Part shown: positions 1-13,071 of the stretch, piece by piece
Position numbering within the stretch: the first letter of the stretch is position 1
Layout of the letters: each line of letters begins with the position of its first letter
NCBI RefSeq assembly: GCF_902652985.1
Contig: NC_047015.1
Location: forward strand, 23,808,001-23,872,000
DNA from: Pecten maximus
Taxonomy: Eukaryota
Reading direction: 5' to 3'
DNA: 64,000 bases
Notes under the pieces: model-generated
What the model was told of the DNA's origin: nothing
What the model saw: only the letters and a program-made list of their open reading frames with translations
Databases searched by the model: none
Translations under genes and position numbers: made by a program

Positions 1-1224
1 TTTCTGATATACACAAGGTAGCGTCATTGTCACTCATCAAAAATGATCGACAGTGTCTAGAATGTAACTGTGAAGGAATATAATACTCATATATATATGA
101 TATATATATATGATATTAAGTTCTAAATACACAAATAATACATGATGAGCTGAATGAGCAAGAACAAAGCACATTAGTTGTACAACAAAATCATGGAGAT
201 AGGAAAATTGGTAAGGGACTAACATTATCCTGACAAAAATCTTGAAACGAATAGTTTCCTTGAAGGCGAATTCGTCCAATCGTGTTTCCTATAATATTTC
301 AACGTATTTCATGTCCGGACGAGATGTCTTCACTACCATGCAGTGCTTTCAGCACTTTGATCTCTATGAAGATTTATTGGGGGGGGGGGGGGGGGGGGGG
401 GTTGTTGACTAATAGAAGTTGCAAGTTGCAACAACGAGGCATATCCAGTAATTCTGAAGCGCAATTTTTTTTTCATGGATTACACAAATGAATGGAGATA
501 TTTTCTATCGACAGTACTCGGGGTTTGAATCAGACAAAATGCCGTTTAAACGTGCATTCAAATATAGAACAGAACAAATACAGAAATATCATATTTTATG
601 TTTGATGTCAAATTTCACAGAAACTAACGAAAAGATTCATACAATCGATATCCGATTACGTTGCCCGATATATAAATGTAATTTTAGAACAATTTTCCTT
701 ACAAACAAATAACATTTTGACCTTATAAATACTTGATAAAGTGTGCTTGTGAGTATTTACGACTTTGGTACAAAATGGCCTCGTTCTGGCATGTCCGGAA
801 CGGAACAAGGTTTTCATTTGTACTATCAGATGCCCCTTGGATGTGTCTATCCGGGCATTAGGAAAGGATCGATTTCCTTCGTGGGCGGTTTTAGAGCATT
901 CCTGCAACAACACCTTTTGTTATAAACAATAATTGCCATATTGAATTCAAGAATTTTAATGATATACTCCAAAACGTTAACACTAAAAGTCTATGGAAAA
1001 ACAATTGGTTGGTTGGGCCCTATTGAAACATCCGGCATTGACCTTTCTCTCCTTTTTATCATAATGATCTAAATATACGATACGAATGCTTTTAAACATG
1101 AACATTTTTATCTGATTTTGTTTTCAAATAAAAACAAACAAGCCAATGTCAGACTGGCCCTAATAGAAAATCTCAATGTAAGTTACCGGAAGATCTACAA
1201 CCTGCTTTTGCTGATACTCTATGG

Positions 1225-1577
1225 GCTGAAATACAGCACGTACCGGCTCACAAAAGCTGCAGTCGTGCCTTATGTACATTAAGTGGTCTTTCCGTGACAT
1301 TCATACACCAAGACGTATCGCTGAACCATGAGGCCGCACAACAGTCTTGGCTAGAAAGAAATATGGGGCTTTCCATCGAGAAATCAAAGCGGTTCCCAGA
1401 AACAGAATTAGCAACCTCAGATACAGGTTCACAATGATGAAAGCTGAAATACAGCACGTACCGGCTCACAAAAAGCTGCAGTCGTGCCTTTATGTACATT
1501 AAGTGGTCTTTCCGTGACATTCATACACCATAGACGTATCGCTGAACCATGAGGCCGCACAACAGTCTTGGCTAGAA
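1225..1577. repeat. Local direct duplication (~135 bp: 1225-1357 and 1443-1577); 856-917 also recurs at 1620-1682
   Basis: GCTGAAATACAGCACGTACCGGCTCAC...GTCTTGGCTAGAAA occurs twice with small indels. Confidence 0.85.
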
Positions 1578-1699
1578 AAATATGACTACACTCAATAAAA
1601 CGTACCGTTGGTTCGATAACATTAGGTAAAAGATCGATTTCCTTCGTGGGCGGTTTTAGAGCATTCCTGCAACAGCACCTTTATACACATATTTCTTAT

Positions 1700-1855
1700 A
1701 CTTCTTCACTTTCAATTGTTTTAGTTTGATTATTCTATTGTTCTGTTTGTATTGGGGAAGACTTATATAGGCTTAGCCTGCTGTCTAACCCATTTGTATA
1801 AATGTTATAGAATAAAATATGTTGAAATAAAATGAAATGAAAAATGAAATGAATA
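1700..1855 (+). mobile_element. 3' tail fragment of a CR1-like LINE
   Basis: TTATATAGGCTT..CCTG..AATAAAATATGTTGAAA followed by (ATGAA)n; resembles the LINE 3' end at 42690-42767. Confidence 0.4.
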
Positions 1856-2227
1856 AGGTGTAAGCTTGGCTTCTTTAAGCATCTTGGATAACCTTACCAT
1901 GTATGTATATGTATGTTTAAGATGTTACAGTGGTTGGCAATGAGTTACAATTCAATTTGTATATATTATTTTAATTCGGGACATTGTCGGGTTGTAGATT
2001 GCTATTAATTCTGTATAATATGTTGCGAATGATAATAAGGAAATATTCTCATCTTCTCTTAGAATATTTCGGAGTGTTAAGTTTATTTGATATTATAATT
2101 GATGGATATTAGCTCGAACATGTTTGTGAGGCTGAAAGGTCACATGTATGCCAATATCACTTGTCAACTTGTCATCAGTCTAGTCACTTGAGTAACTTTG
2201 TCAAATATTGGTTCAGGTTTATTTAAT

Positions 2228-2390
2228 GATTGAATCTTGATATGGTCGATTTCATGGAGTCATAAATTGAGTTGCTGTTGAGACAAATTCAACATGATCT
2301 GCGAATAACATGTTCGCGGTTCATGCTGAATTTGTCTCAAGAGCAACTCAATTCATGACCCCATGAAATCGACCAAATCAAGATTCAATC
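2228..2390. repeat. Long imperfect palindrome (~78-bp arms), hairpin MITE-like
   Basis: GATTGAATCTTGATATGGTCGATTTCATGG...GCGAA is the near reverse complement of TTCGC...CCATGAAATCGACCAAATCAAGATTCAATC. Confidence 0.8.
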
Positions 2391-2930
2391 CTTATATTTC
2401 AATTTTTTTTTTTTCGAATAAAAAAGTCGGTCTAGATATTAATGTTTCGAAGCTTGTGCAAGTCCAAATGAGGAAAAGCCCGAGGAGTTCCGGATTGTGC
2501 ATGTCTAGTCGGTCGAGTAAAATAGTCCGCAATTTAAGGATTAAAAAACAGCATTATTTTGTCAAAATTAATTTAGCATATTTGGTCTTTCATAAAATAC
2601 AGGAATAGATTATCAATTTGATAGTTTTGATAATTATTCCATGTTTATAACAATGTAAACAAAAGTGAAATCGTTCCGCGGAAGGATTTTGTCTAGGTAT
2701 TCATACGCACTGATCAGTGTTAATCTGGTCAAATTCATGATCAAATGAAACAGATTAATTTTGGTAGTTTCATTGAGTCCAACTTGAGTAGGAATTAAAA
2801 TTTTATAGTATAAAGGAACTTATAGGAAGTCTAGTGACTTGAGCTGTTAAGAGGAGTTGTTTATCGTGCTAGTCACATTTGTTATTTCTAGTCAACTACT
2901 ATAGTCACATATTAGCCACATATTGGTCAC

Positions 2931-3364
2931 TTATCAATAGATGCACATATCACAAACAATTTAAATTTGGATTTATGGTCACAGCTTTATTGCCAAGATA
3001 TGGCGGCCGGTCTGTCAATAGACCATAATGGCACGCCAACAATAAATTCAATTTCAATCAAACAAATTAATCGATTGATTCTGGGAAACAGTTCTCAACC
3101 AATTAAACAATACAATTCAAATCAATTAATCAGCTGATCCTGGGAAACAGTTCTCAACCAATTCAACAACAATTCAAATCAATTAATCAGCTGATCCTGG
3201 GAAACAGATTTCAGCTGACTACAAATCAATCAGATGACAATACTGATTAGTAGATACTGGGAAACAGATATCACTGATTCGCATCAATATGCGCAATATA
3301 CATCAATCAATATCAATCAATAACTCAATAATCACCAATAAATGCTTGTACCGCGAAATCTGCC
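2931..3364 (-). repeat. Split direct repeat B2 (434 bp)
   Basis: Identical by eye to 3842-4275; contains 4 internal CTGGGAAACAG subrepeats. Confidence 0.9.
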
Positions 3365-3638
3365 GTTCCGCGAAATCTGAACAAGTCAAATTGACTTCTG
3401 AAAGTTTATAACGCGAAATCCGCCATTTGAAGCAGGTCACAATAATCGTCAATAAGGAATAGAAGTTCGTCACAATACTCGTCACTAAGGAATAGATTTC
3501 AATTGGGGCTGTGAATCCGTCGTCGAAAAGGGGTCAGGAGCTGTGACTATCCTGCCTTCTCACACCACCGCTATAACAAAAAGAAAAAACAACAGCAGAA
3601 CACAGATCCTATCCTAAAGGGGAGGGATTATGGGAGGG

Positions 3639-3841
3639 TGAAGAAATAAAGTATTTAAGCAAGTAAATTTTTGATAAACTTAGCCTGATAACTCTCTGGC
3701 TGATCTTCACAAAGTTGTCTTCCTTTAACAAGGGAGATAACTCGATTATCACTTTCGCCAAATAGGCGTCAGGTTGCACAACACCAATAATTCATGTGCC
3801 CTCTGATAACGGCACTATATGGTTTATTGCCATAAGTGCTA
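3639..3841 (-). repeat. Split direct repeat A2 (203 bp)
   Basis: Identical by eye to 8179-8381; directly abuts B1. Confidence 0.9.
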
Positions 3842-4275
3842 TTATCAATAGATGCACATATCACAAACAATTTAAATTTGGATTTATGGTCACAGCTTTA
3901 TTGCCAAGATATGGCGGCCGGTCTGTCAATAGACCATAATGGCACGCCAACAATAAATTCAATTTCAATCAAACAAATTAATCGATTGATTCTGGGAAAC
4001 AGTTCTCAACCAATTAAACAATACAATTCAAATCAATTAATCAGCTGATCCTGGGAAACAGTTCTCAACCAATTCAACAACAATTCAAATCAATTAATCA
4101 GCTGATCCTGGGAAACAGATTTCAGCTGACTACAAATCAATCAGATGACAATACTGATTAGTAGATACTGGGAAACAGATATCACTGATTCGCATCAATA
4201 TGCGCAATATACATCAATCAATATCAATCAATAACTCAATAATCACCAATAAATGCTTGTACCGCGAAATCTGCC
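3842..4275 (-). repeat. Split direct repeat B1
   Basis: Identical by eye to 2931-3364. Confidence 0.9.
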
Positions 4276-4464
4276 ATATGAATGAGTTATCCACATGAAA
4301 CTCATTCACAGCCAAACGAAGACAGAAGAGGAGGCGACACATTTCCCGGTACAAGGCTGTGACCAAAATCCTAACATGTCATTATTGTTCCATGTTACTT
4401 GTAACTGTGAACTAGTAACTGTTAGGGAAGAACCTGTTTTTTTTTTTTTTTTTTTTTTTATAAG

Positions 4465-4980
4465 GTGTTAAGAAAGAGGTCATTACCCAAAGGAGACACG
4501 TGGACCCCATCTTTCAGAAAAAAAATGATTATCTAATTTCAAGTCTGTATAAAGTACAACAGCTCCACTATGCTATAAAACATGATCAGAAATTGTATTG
4601 TTCAATCTCTTTCAGACTTTTTTAAGTGCTTAATGACTTATGGCTTCGGGGTAATATTTACAAGCATATCAATAATGTCCCAGGGAACTCAGACATCAGG
4701 AAATACATGATCTTCTTTAATTATATTCAATGCACCCAACCCAAGTGTTACCTATGTCATTACCCCAACAGTGTATGACAAGCCTTGCTGGTTGATCAGT
4801 TTCAAATTTCCCAAGTGACAAATTTTACTTTTGATGTCCGAAATGACCATACATGTACCTCCTTTAAACTGCCACCACACTGTTAATCCAATGCGAGACA
4901 GCCCAAGGTGTACCCCTCCTGGGCAAACCCGACTGTGAACAAAGTCATATTTAATGATTGATGACAAGAATCCAGACCTT
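4465..4980 (-). pseudogene. SGNH hydrolase/esterase ORF remnant of the Ngaro element
   Basis: Minus-strand blocks KVWIL/SSIIKY, PGGVHLGL..VWWQFKGG, IHCWGNDIG, LKDGVHVSPLGNDLFLNTL; frameshifted. Confidence 0.75.
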
Positions 4981-5044
4981 CCCTCAGGTACCTACAAATC
5001 TTAAAATGCGTACTAACACTTTACAATTATTTTTGGGGTTGGAA

Positions 5045-5480
5045 TTATGATGTATCTTTTGTAAACACTGGATTTCCACCTACCACATTCCATAATATCT
5101 TCAGTAGACATACCACATGGGGAGGTCGATGTAGTTACCCCAATTCTGAATGAATGGGACTTGTAAGGAAAATTAATGTTACAGCCAAAGCTAGTGCATG
5201 CTTTGGTGAGGACACTACTTTAGCAGCACTTCCCTGAAGTGATACTTGTGCAACAGTTACAACCCTGTAAGCCATGTCCCTACTACTACTGACAGTAATT
5301 TTTCCAACACGAAAACAATCCATAGAAAGCCAATGAACAGGCACAACTAAACAAAGCTAACCTCATATTCAATAATTGGGAACTGCATATTTTACATTTT
5401 TGTCAAGACTGATATAATGCCTGCTAACAGATCAACAGTAATAGGTAATCTGGCATGTCTAATCCCAACACTAAATCCAC
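5045..5480 (-). pseudogene. Tyrosine recombinase remnant
   Basis: KSHSFRIG (5138-5160) and CGRWKSSVYKRYI (5050-5090) catalytic motifs. Confidence 0.8.
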
Positions 5481-5799
5481 ATTACTATTCCAAGACTTTT
5501 CCCTAAAAATAACAGCATTTGCCATTGAATTGACTTAACAATTGCAACCACATCTCTAGGTCAGCTCTAATATACCAATAGCTAGAGTATTTATTCAACT
5601 TTTTTTTTTTTTTTTTTTTATGTCCTGTTAGGCATACAAAAACCTTACTACAGAGTAAGAATATTTCAAGAATTAGTACGAAATGACATTATCCCTGCTA
5701 CAGACTGTAAATCCTGTAATCTAACCTTTACCCCTTCCTAAAACTTCCCAAATCTCTGTCCTTAATACCACAACTTTTTCCTGTGGGACCCTAATTGCC

Positions 5800-6363
5800 A
5801 TGTCCACTGTGTCAATTTCAAGACCTAAGGATATCAGTTGTAGTTGGACCCTCAGATTTCTACTCAGCGATAGGTATACCAATGTCTCGACATGTTTCAA
5901 GCCTAGGAGGCTAGCACATGTATCCTTTTTGTCCTTCCCAGCAAATATGAAGTCATCTATATAATGATCTAAACTTTGTTCACCAGACTTCTCTCCGACA
6001 ATCCACTCAATAAAAGATGAAAACTTTTCAATAAACTACCCCACACTGAGCAACCCATAGGTAAACATTTGTCCAAGTATTTGTCTTGAAACTTAAAACC
6101 TAACAATGGAAAATCAGCTGGATGGTCTCTATCTTCCCCAATAATGCACCTTTGCCCAACTCAGCTATCATCTCAACAACTTTATCCAATGATGAGTATT
6201 GGGCTGAAACCATATCAGGGTCAATATTGCTATCCATGCTATCCCCTAATTGCAATGAGAGATGTGTTATTAGGCACGACTTTCCATCCTGTTTGAGAAC
6301 TATTCCACTGTGCGATGGGTTTGTTATCAAAAGTAACCTGCCACCCTACCTAATTCTACTTCC

Positions 6364-6394
<31 letters not shown>

Positions 6395-6400
6395 CCCTTG
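5800..6400 (-). pseudogene. DIRS/Ngaro reverse transcriptase remnant
   Basis: LITHLS..DSNIDPD..QYSSLDKVVEMIAELGKGALLGK, DKCLPMGCS, LDHYIDDFIFAG (5940-5975). Confidence 0.8.
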
Positions 6401-6532
6401 GGGCAAAAATAATGAAGTTTAGAAACGCTCTTAAACCCTTGGAGAAGAAGCCTCCCTACAGACATGTTTGTATATTTAGTAACCCAGTGCTTATGAGCTG
6501 GACATTTTTAAAGCCATAACTGTTTGTGTTCC

Positions 6533-7450
6533 TTATCTTGCTTGTTTTGTTCTGGGACCGTAGACTGAGTGTATGAAGTTTGGTTTTGACTGAAAGGAAT
6601 TGGAATTTCTATTGTTTGCCTTAAAGCAATAGAGAGTGGCATACCCTCCATTACACCGAATACATTTATGAGAGTAAGTACAATGTGACCGAGCACAACT
6701 GCCCTTGTAATTGAAATCAAAGCATTTTTGTGAGTTATGATTCAGTGTCTGTGGCAACGCCTGCTTCTGTGGCTGCATATATATCAAGTACATTTCATTG
6801 TCAATAATGTCCCATGTTCATGTGGGTTTTTTTTTAACTTTCTAAGCCAGTACTGCTCATCATACTTCAACCATCCAGTACCACCACATCATTGTGCCCC
6901 AAGGCAAACAATCTGCATATATTTCAATAGCCCATGCAGTTGCCCTGAATGAACAGAGGTGTAGATACTTATATATATTATAAATGCATCCATCCATTTA
7001 CTTATATCAGATATTTTGTGGGTTCACTACTTACTTCCCATCAATCAAAGAAATTTTGTGGGTATTTTCATATACCCCCATGGAGTGTGACAACAAGTGG
7101 GCAAGCTCAATATATTCCACATTGATTATTTTTTTGCTTAACATTAGCTGCTACATGCAAGCCTAAATTGAACAGGGGTGTAGATACTTATATATTATAA
7201 ATGCATCAGTCCATTTACTTATATCAGATATTTTAGGGGTTTGTGTTTTGGGCTTCACTACTATAACTCCCCATCAATCAAAGAAATTTTGTGGGTACCG
7301 TCAGATATCCCCATGGAGTGTGACAACATATGGGCAAGCTCAATATATTCACCATTGATATTTTTTTTTTTTTTTTGTTTAACATTAGCTGCTATATGCA
7401 AGCCTAAATTATCATTTACACTTGTCATATATGTGTTAGTATTGTCATAC
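6533..7450 (-). pseudogene. Ngaro gag-like ORF remnant with C-terminal Cys/His knuckle; internal ~220-bp tandem duplication (6951-7170, 7171-7410)
   Basis: CFDFNYKGSCARSHCTYSHKCIRC; LGLHVAANVKQKIINVEYIELAHLL-like block present twice. Confidence 0.7.
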
Positions 7451-8178
7451 CCATTGTATATGTACTCAGGTTCCCTTGATGTCTGTTAATTGCCAGCTGT
7501 GATCTGTTCCTGTTGAACCGACTGTGGCCTCACATTCTCAGCTGACACCAACGGTTGCTCTACTGTAGCCTCCTCCGGTTGACTAACAGCTGGCTCCATG
7601 GTACCCCCTGTCCTACATTTTCTGCTCCAATACATGATCACTGTTTTGATATATTATTAGCAGATGAATAGTAGAGTATACGGGTAATTTCATATATTAT
7701 TAAAGTATCAACTTTTATGAATTGCTTCCAAGTTCCATAATCAATATACATTAACATACTTTGACCTAATTTCAATAAAAGACAACTCGACCCTATATAC
7801 GTGATGCCATCGGTTAAGTCCGACAAAGACCCAATTTGAATAAAAGACAACTCGACCCAACGTGGTGCGATTGGGTCGAGTCGACCATTGGCGTTTGATT
7901 TAAACATAAGCACGGTGCGACAAAATATGCTACAATTGGACTGAATCTCAAAATTGTTGAGCCAGATATTTCAATCCGATGGCTTGAAGATTTGTTTGAC
8001 TATCATCAGCGGTCTCAAATATATCATATACGAGATATGAAGAAATATGGACGACCACGCCATTTCATATATTGAACAACGATCCGGTGCCATCAACCGG
8101 TACACATTATTAATATAAGCAATTTTTACACTGACAATATATCATCAAATATCATTGAAATGTATTACATCTGAATAT

Positions 8179-8381
8179 TGAAGAAATAAAGTATTTAAGC
8201 AAGTAAATTTTTGATAAACTTAGCCTGATAACTCTCTGGCTGATCTTCACAAAGTTGTCTTCCTTTAACAAGGGAGATAACTCGATTATCACTTTCGCCA
8301 AATAGGCGTCAGGTTGCACAACACCAATAATTCATGTGCCCTCTGATAACGGCACTATATGGTTTATTGCCATAAGTGCTA
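8179..8381 (-). repeat. Split direct repeat A1 (5' end of the Ngaro element)
   Basis: Identical by eye to 3639-3841. Confidence 0.9.
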
Positions 8382-8786
8382 ATGTTGTCTATTGGTAACG
8401 GTTTATTTTGAGTGTGCTTAACACTAGAATTGATGTTGTGGATGTGTGTGTGTGTGAATGTAACATGTAGTTATCACATGTCATTCCCTAGTCACACTTG
8501 ATGCTGCCATTAAAACATTGATGTTAGAATATCCTCATCGTTTAGGAACATGATCGTCGGATTCACAGAACCCCACTAACACACTGATCGCAGCAAGGAA
8601 AGCACTTTCATCGGATCGGACGTTTCATCCTAAAGTGCTTTCGTTTTCTCAAACACTTCGACAATGTCTATCCATACGCCGAGAGATCGACACATGTGCA
8701 CAAATTTTAATCAATTTTCTCTTCTCGAAACGTGTTTATTGCTTCAGTAAAATGTAAACGACTGGAAATTAATAAAAAAAAAAAAT

Positions 8787-8820
<34 letters not shown>

Positions 8821-9291
8821 TGCAATTGAGCTACATTGTAGCAGATAGGCTATGCTCACATTCTCATTTTTACTGACATGTTCAACATAAAATGGACATG
8901 TTATACTTTGTTTCTTAATAACCAAAAGTCGATGAGTCTCGATGTTTGGCAAGATGGTTGTCCATGTCAAATGGTATCATTGTAGTTAATATTGGTTAAT
9001 ATTGGTGACCTTTGTTCAAGGTCACACAAATGCGATTTGCTGAAATAGTTACAATGTGTGAGAAATAGAGTTGAAATAACAATATGTATTTCAATGTAGG
9101 TTATTGGGTTCAATGATGTGACATTTTATATACTAAGACTATACATTACAGTTAGTCTGACTGGTTTTGATTTCGTCAGTTCCAAACCATAATATTGTGT
9201 CACTTTCGAAATGTCAACTTGCGATACAACTATTGCAGTTTCAATACATTGCAAAGCAATCCCAATACAGCTCGTTTCTTATGAATACAAC

Positions 9292-10663
9292 TCAAGTGAT
9301 TGCTTGTTTGAACTTGAATGTCGCATGGGCTTGTAGACTGTGATCTTGGTGACGAACATGGCCCAAGAAATACAAAATCCATGCAACATGTGCACACATA
9401 CCAATTTTTCGTTTGCCTTCTGGACAGACACAATAGAAGTCTTTTTTTAGGATCGTCTTGGTCATTTCTGTCAAACGCAATCCAAACATTATATTTTGTC
9501 TGTGATCTCTGCCTCGGATGAGATTTTCAGCGTACTGGTAGACCATCACTTCAAAGTCTCTAGCTGGTGTCAGATGCTCTGCAATATACCGTGGTGCTAC
9601 TTTTAACTGATATGATCCACAGGTTATAGTCTCCAGATATTCCATATCAAGTTTTGTAAACTTGATCGCACAGGCATCAGGTTTTACCCAATTGACCCTG
9701 TTGCGCCTAGAAAGGTCCGGTTCATCAGCGACCCTTGAGGCTAAAGTATTGGGAAGAGCCAAACAGGATTGCATGCACTCAGCAAGGCGTCGGTCCCTCA
9801 TATCCCTCTCTGGTGTAGACACAGCATTCAAGGAAGCTGTTGCTACTTTCACCAGTTCTTCTTTTACGTTAAGGAAATAGTTTGAACTAAGCTGTTTTCT
9901 GAACAGTTTCCATGCAGTGTTTCAGTCTTCCATGTTAACTCTCTACTACCTATCTTGACGTCGTACACCGGTGGTCCTCGTTGGCAGTCAGTGTATATGC
10001 TATGTTTGACCTGGTAGAAGATAGGGAGTCATGTACACGGAAAATCCTGAGCCTCGGAGCATATCCAGCACACCCCTAACCCCCGGTCAACAATGACATT
10101 GTCATCATCACTGAGCCACAAGTTAAGGTTTTCAAATGATTGAAGTATTGTTTTCTAGATATTTGCATCATTTTCATTCCCATAAAATTGGACCAATAGT
10201 AGCTAGTACATACCCGTCTGGAAAGACAATGCTCATGAACCTAAAATTGTTGCGTTTCTTCTGCCAACAGTATGAGGATCATTGAAGAGGGTGAATCAGC
10301 TCTTTTTTCAACATAGATGTAAGTACCATAAAGGATAACAGTTACCTTGTCCCCATAAAAACATCCTGTAAATGCAGTGTTGGGGCATTTAGCGTCCTCA
10401 CGACTTATATGTCTTTGACCAAGGAAACCAGGCACAACAGTCTGGCTCAACGCTTGCAAGACGCTATGAAATGTGTGAGACACGTACTGTTTTTTGTCAG
10501 ACCACACTAGACACCAATTTGAGACCATGCAATATTCGTCTTTGATTTCCCAGAAGAGAAACAAAATGGAATTGGAATAGATACGTTTAGAAAAAATATA
10601 AGTAATTTTGTTTCCTTTGTTGGTCACCCTGACGCTTCGGTGCCGAAACCACATATCCCACAA
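9292..10663 (-). pseudogene. PIF/Harbinger/ISL2EU-like (DDE_Tnp_4-type) transposase fossil with C-terminal SWIM zinc finger
   Basis: ILYGTYIYVEK (cf. DGTYIY), FMSIVFPDGYV, VIVDRG, SR*VVES*HGRLK, ITCGSYQLK..YIAEH, CVCPEGKRKIGMCAHVAWILYFLG; stops and frameshifts. Confidence 0.7.
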
Positions 10664-10699
10664 TACCGCATCCCCAATTGTAAGGCTGCAATCGGTTAA

Positions 10700-11020
10700 A
10701 GTTTATTGTTGTGTATGGCTATGCTATGGTTGGCTTTGCTTGTCTGGCCCATTATCAAGTGACATTCCTGAAAAAATTTGTTGTGTATGAAAATTGGCTA
10801 TGGTTTTCTGGCCTGTTATCAACTGACATGCCTAAAGTCTACTGTTGTGTATAACACTTGACTATGCTTGTCTGGCCTATTATCAACTGACTTGCCTAAA
10901 ATATATTTGTTGTGTATAACAATTGGCTATGCTTTTCTGACCTATTATCAACTGACATGCCTAAAGTCTATTGTTGTGTATAACAATTGACTATGCTTTT
11001 CAGGCCTATTATCATATGCC
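10700..11020. repeat. Minisatellite, ~60-bp unit, ~5 copies
   Basis: TTGTTGTGTATAACAATTGGCTATGCTTTTCTGGCCTATTATCAACTGACATGCCTAAA repeated. Confidence 0.85.
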
Positions 11021-11481
11021 ATGCGGTTGAACTGTTGTTATTATATATTAACACAGTAGTAATTTAATATATATTTATCACACTTCATCTCCCCATCCAC
11101 ATTTTCACATTTCGTTTTACCTATTTTGTGTTTCTTCTGTCGTCCCCATTGTGTCCATGGCGATTCCAGGAAAGGGGGGGGGGGGGGGGAGGGGAAGTTA
11201 CATGCATTTTCTCTCGCTATATCTACATATTACGTAACCCCTTAGTTCATGAACTTTTCCATGAGGTAATGTATGCGTATAATGCGAGCTATCAAGTAAG
11301 TTCAAAAAGTGGGTGTATAACATTTGAGTGAAAACTGTTTTGATTTACATGCATGCAACGCAACGAGAGCAAACGTGAGAAGGATTTATTTGATAACGAA
11401 TACACGTGAAAAAATGAGCAACTGATCAGCAAAGACATATTATCACGTGATCTCGATCCCGCAAATTAGGTCCCGATGTCT

Positions 11482-13071
11482 TCAAGTCTTTGAACAAGTG
11501 TTCGGTGTTACGATTAAATCAGGGTGTTCACCCAGCTCGATGTTGTTAATCATATAAGCCATTTCTGAGAAGCCTGTAAAAAAAATATGAATACTGTTTG
11601 AAAAAAGAACGAGGATCATTTATCTGACATACAATTTTACAAAAGTTACCTAATTTACTTCAAATATCAGGAAATCGCTTTACCAACCTCCATTGTAAAC
11701 ACTCTGCTCTGTTTGGTAGACGGGCCAACATTGATCCACTGTCACAGCGCGCAGAATCGTGATATTATTGGATGTGACGTAATGCCACGTGTCAACGGTG
11801 ATGCTCTTGTGACCAGATTGTCCTATACGATTCGTCCCTAACAGAGTGGCGTCATCTGTTATCCCCGGAAAAAAGTGATCAGGTATATTATGAAATATGA
11901 AAATTTTTATTTCTATTTTTATGGACATGTACACTAACAGTTTGTGTATATAACAGCTGATAACACACTCTTAGTGTAGAACAATAAACAACATGATTTT
12001 AGATGAAAACAACAAACTAATGGTTTTATAGTGTATAGCAGAAAACAATTTTGAACAAGAAAGATATTTTTTGTTTACTTTAACAAAGAATAGATGTTTG
12101 GCGACATACATGTAAAAGCATTGTTTACAAGTTATCCAGTGAAAGATTTGTGGTTATTACCTGGGATACACTTGTCCTGCATAAGAGCGGTGATACGATC
12201 AGTTCGACACTGCCTTCCGTCTATTTTATAGGAGATATGCTGAAAGTCATTTGAATGGCAGTTTTAGACATTGTGAGGTAATTTCGGACCGTCTATTTCG
12301 AGTCAACATCTATTTCAACGAATTTTAGCAATACCACGAATTCCCTGTTACCTGTAAGGTTATGATTATATAAATCTGAAAGGGTCACACAAAAAGGGAA
12401 GGCCAGGAGACGACAGAACACATACCGAAACTACCAGAGGTGACATCTTATTATATCACCCTTTCATCTGCCAGGTTAAGCTTTCCCGTCAACACCGTTT
12501 GTTCTGAAAATTGCAGTGGTTTCTTCACCATTAATGTTAGTTTATATTTACTATACAAAAATATCACTTACCTGGTTGTAGTACGTTAGCTCCGAGTGAA
12601 CAAAAGTTACACCGCTTGGAAGTGTGACGTCAGTATCGGTTCTAGTAACGTTCAACTCGTAATCGTTGTAAAGACGGACTTTGCTCTTAAAAAGAGGTGG
12701 CCACGCCACAAAGCAGTTGCATATAAATGTTCGATTTTACGTTAATCACTTCATTCTCAAACAAAATTACTTATTTATTTATTTATCTTTTTTAATGAAA
12801 TTAATAAATATTGATTTTTTTTTTAGTATGTCGAATTTTACTAAATCTCACTTTCAATTTGTATACGTTAATTTTCATTCAGATTTATGATTTTACCCAC
12901 ATCTACAAATGAAGTTTTTCCAGAGACAGGATCCGTGTATCCTCCAGTTACGTCCATCACACACCGGAAGTGAGACGGAACACAACATGGTCGGGCGATG
13001 ACCCTACTCTGGCAGTTATGTCCAGGTACCAGCTCCGAAATGGCCAGCATCAGCCAAAGAACTAATGACAT
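11482..13071 (-). CDS. Ependymin-related (EPDR) secreted protein, 5 coding exons, 207 aa: 13071-12901, 12685-12572, 12239-12161, 11855-11688, 11573-11482
   Basis: All introns GT-AG with matching phases (0,0,1,1). Signal peptide MSLVLWLMLAISELVPG, CCVPSHF, C..(QDK)CIP, VDTWHY..RAVTVDQCWPV and C-terminal NNIELGEHPDLIVTPNTC give the ependymin Cys/Pro pattern. Confidence 0.85.

Larger units (their letters stand above)
2931..8381 (-). mobile_element. Ngaro/DIRS-type tyrosine-recombinase retrotransposon with split direct repeats (A1-gag-RT-YR-SGNH-B1-A2-spacer-B2); ORFs decayed
   Basis: A repeat at 8179-8381 and 3639-3841; B repeat at 3842-4275 and 2931-3364; minus-strand remnants of gag, RT (DKCLPMGCS, HYIDDFIF), YR (HSFRIG, GRWKSSVYKRYI) and SGNH hydrolase in the expected order. 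Confidence 0.85.
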
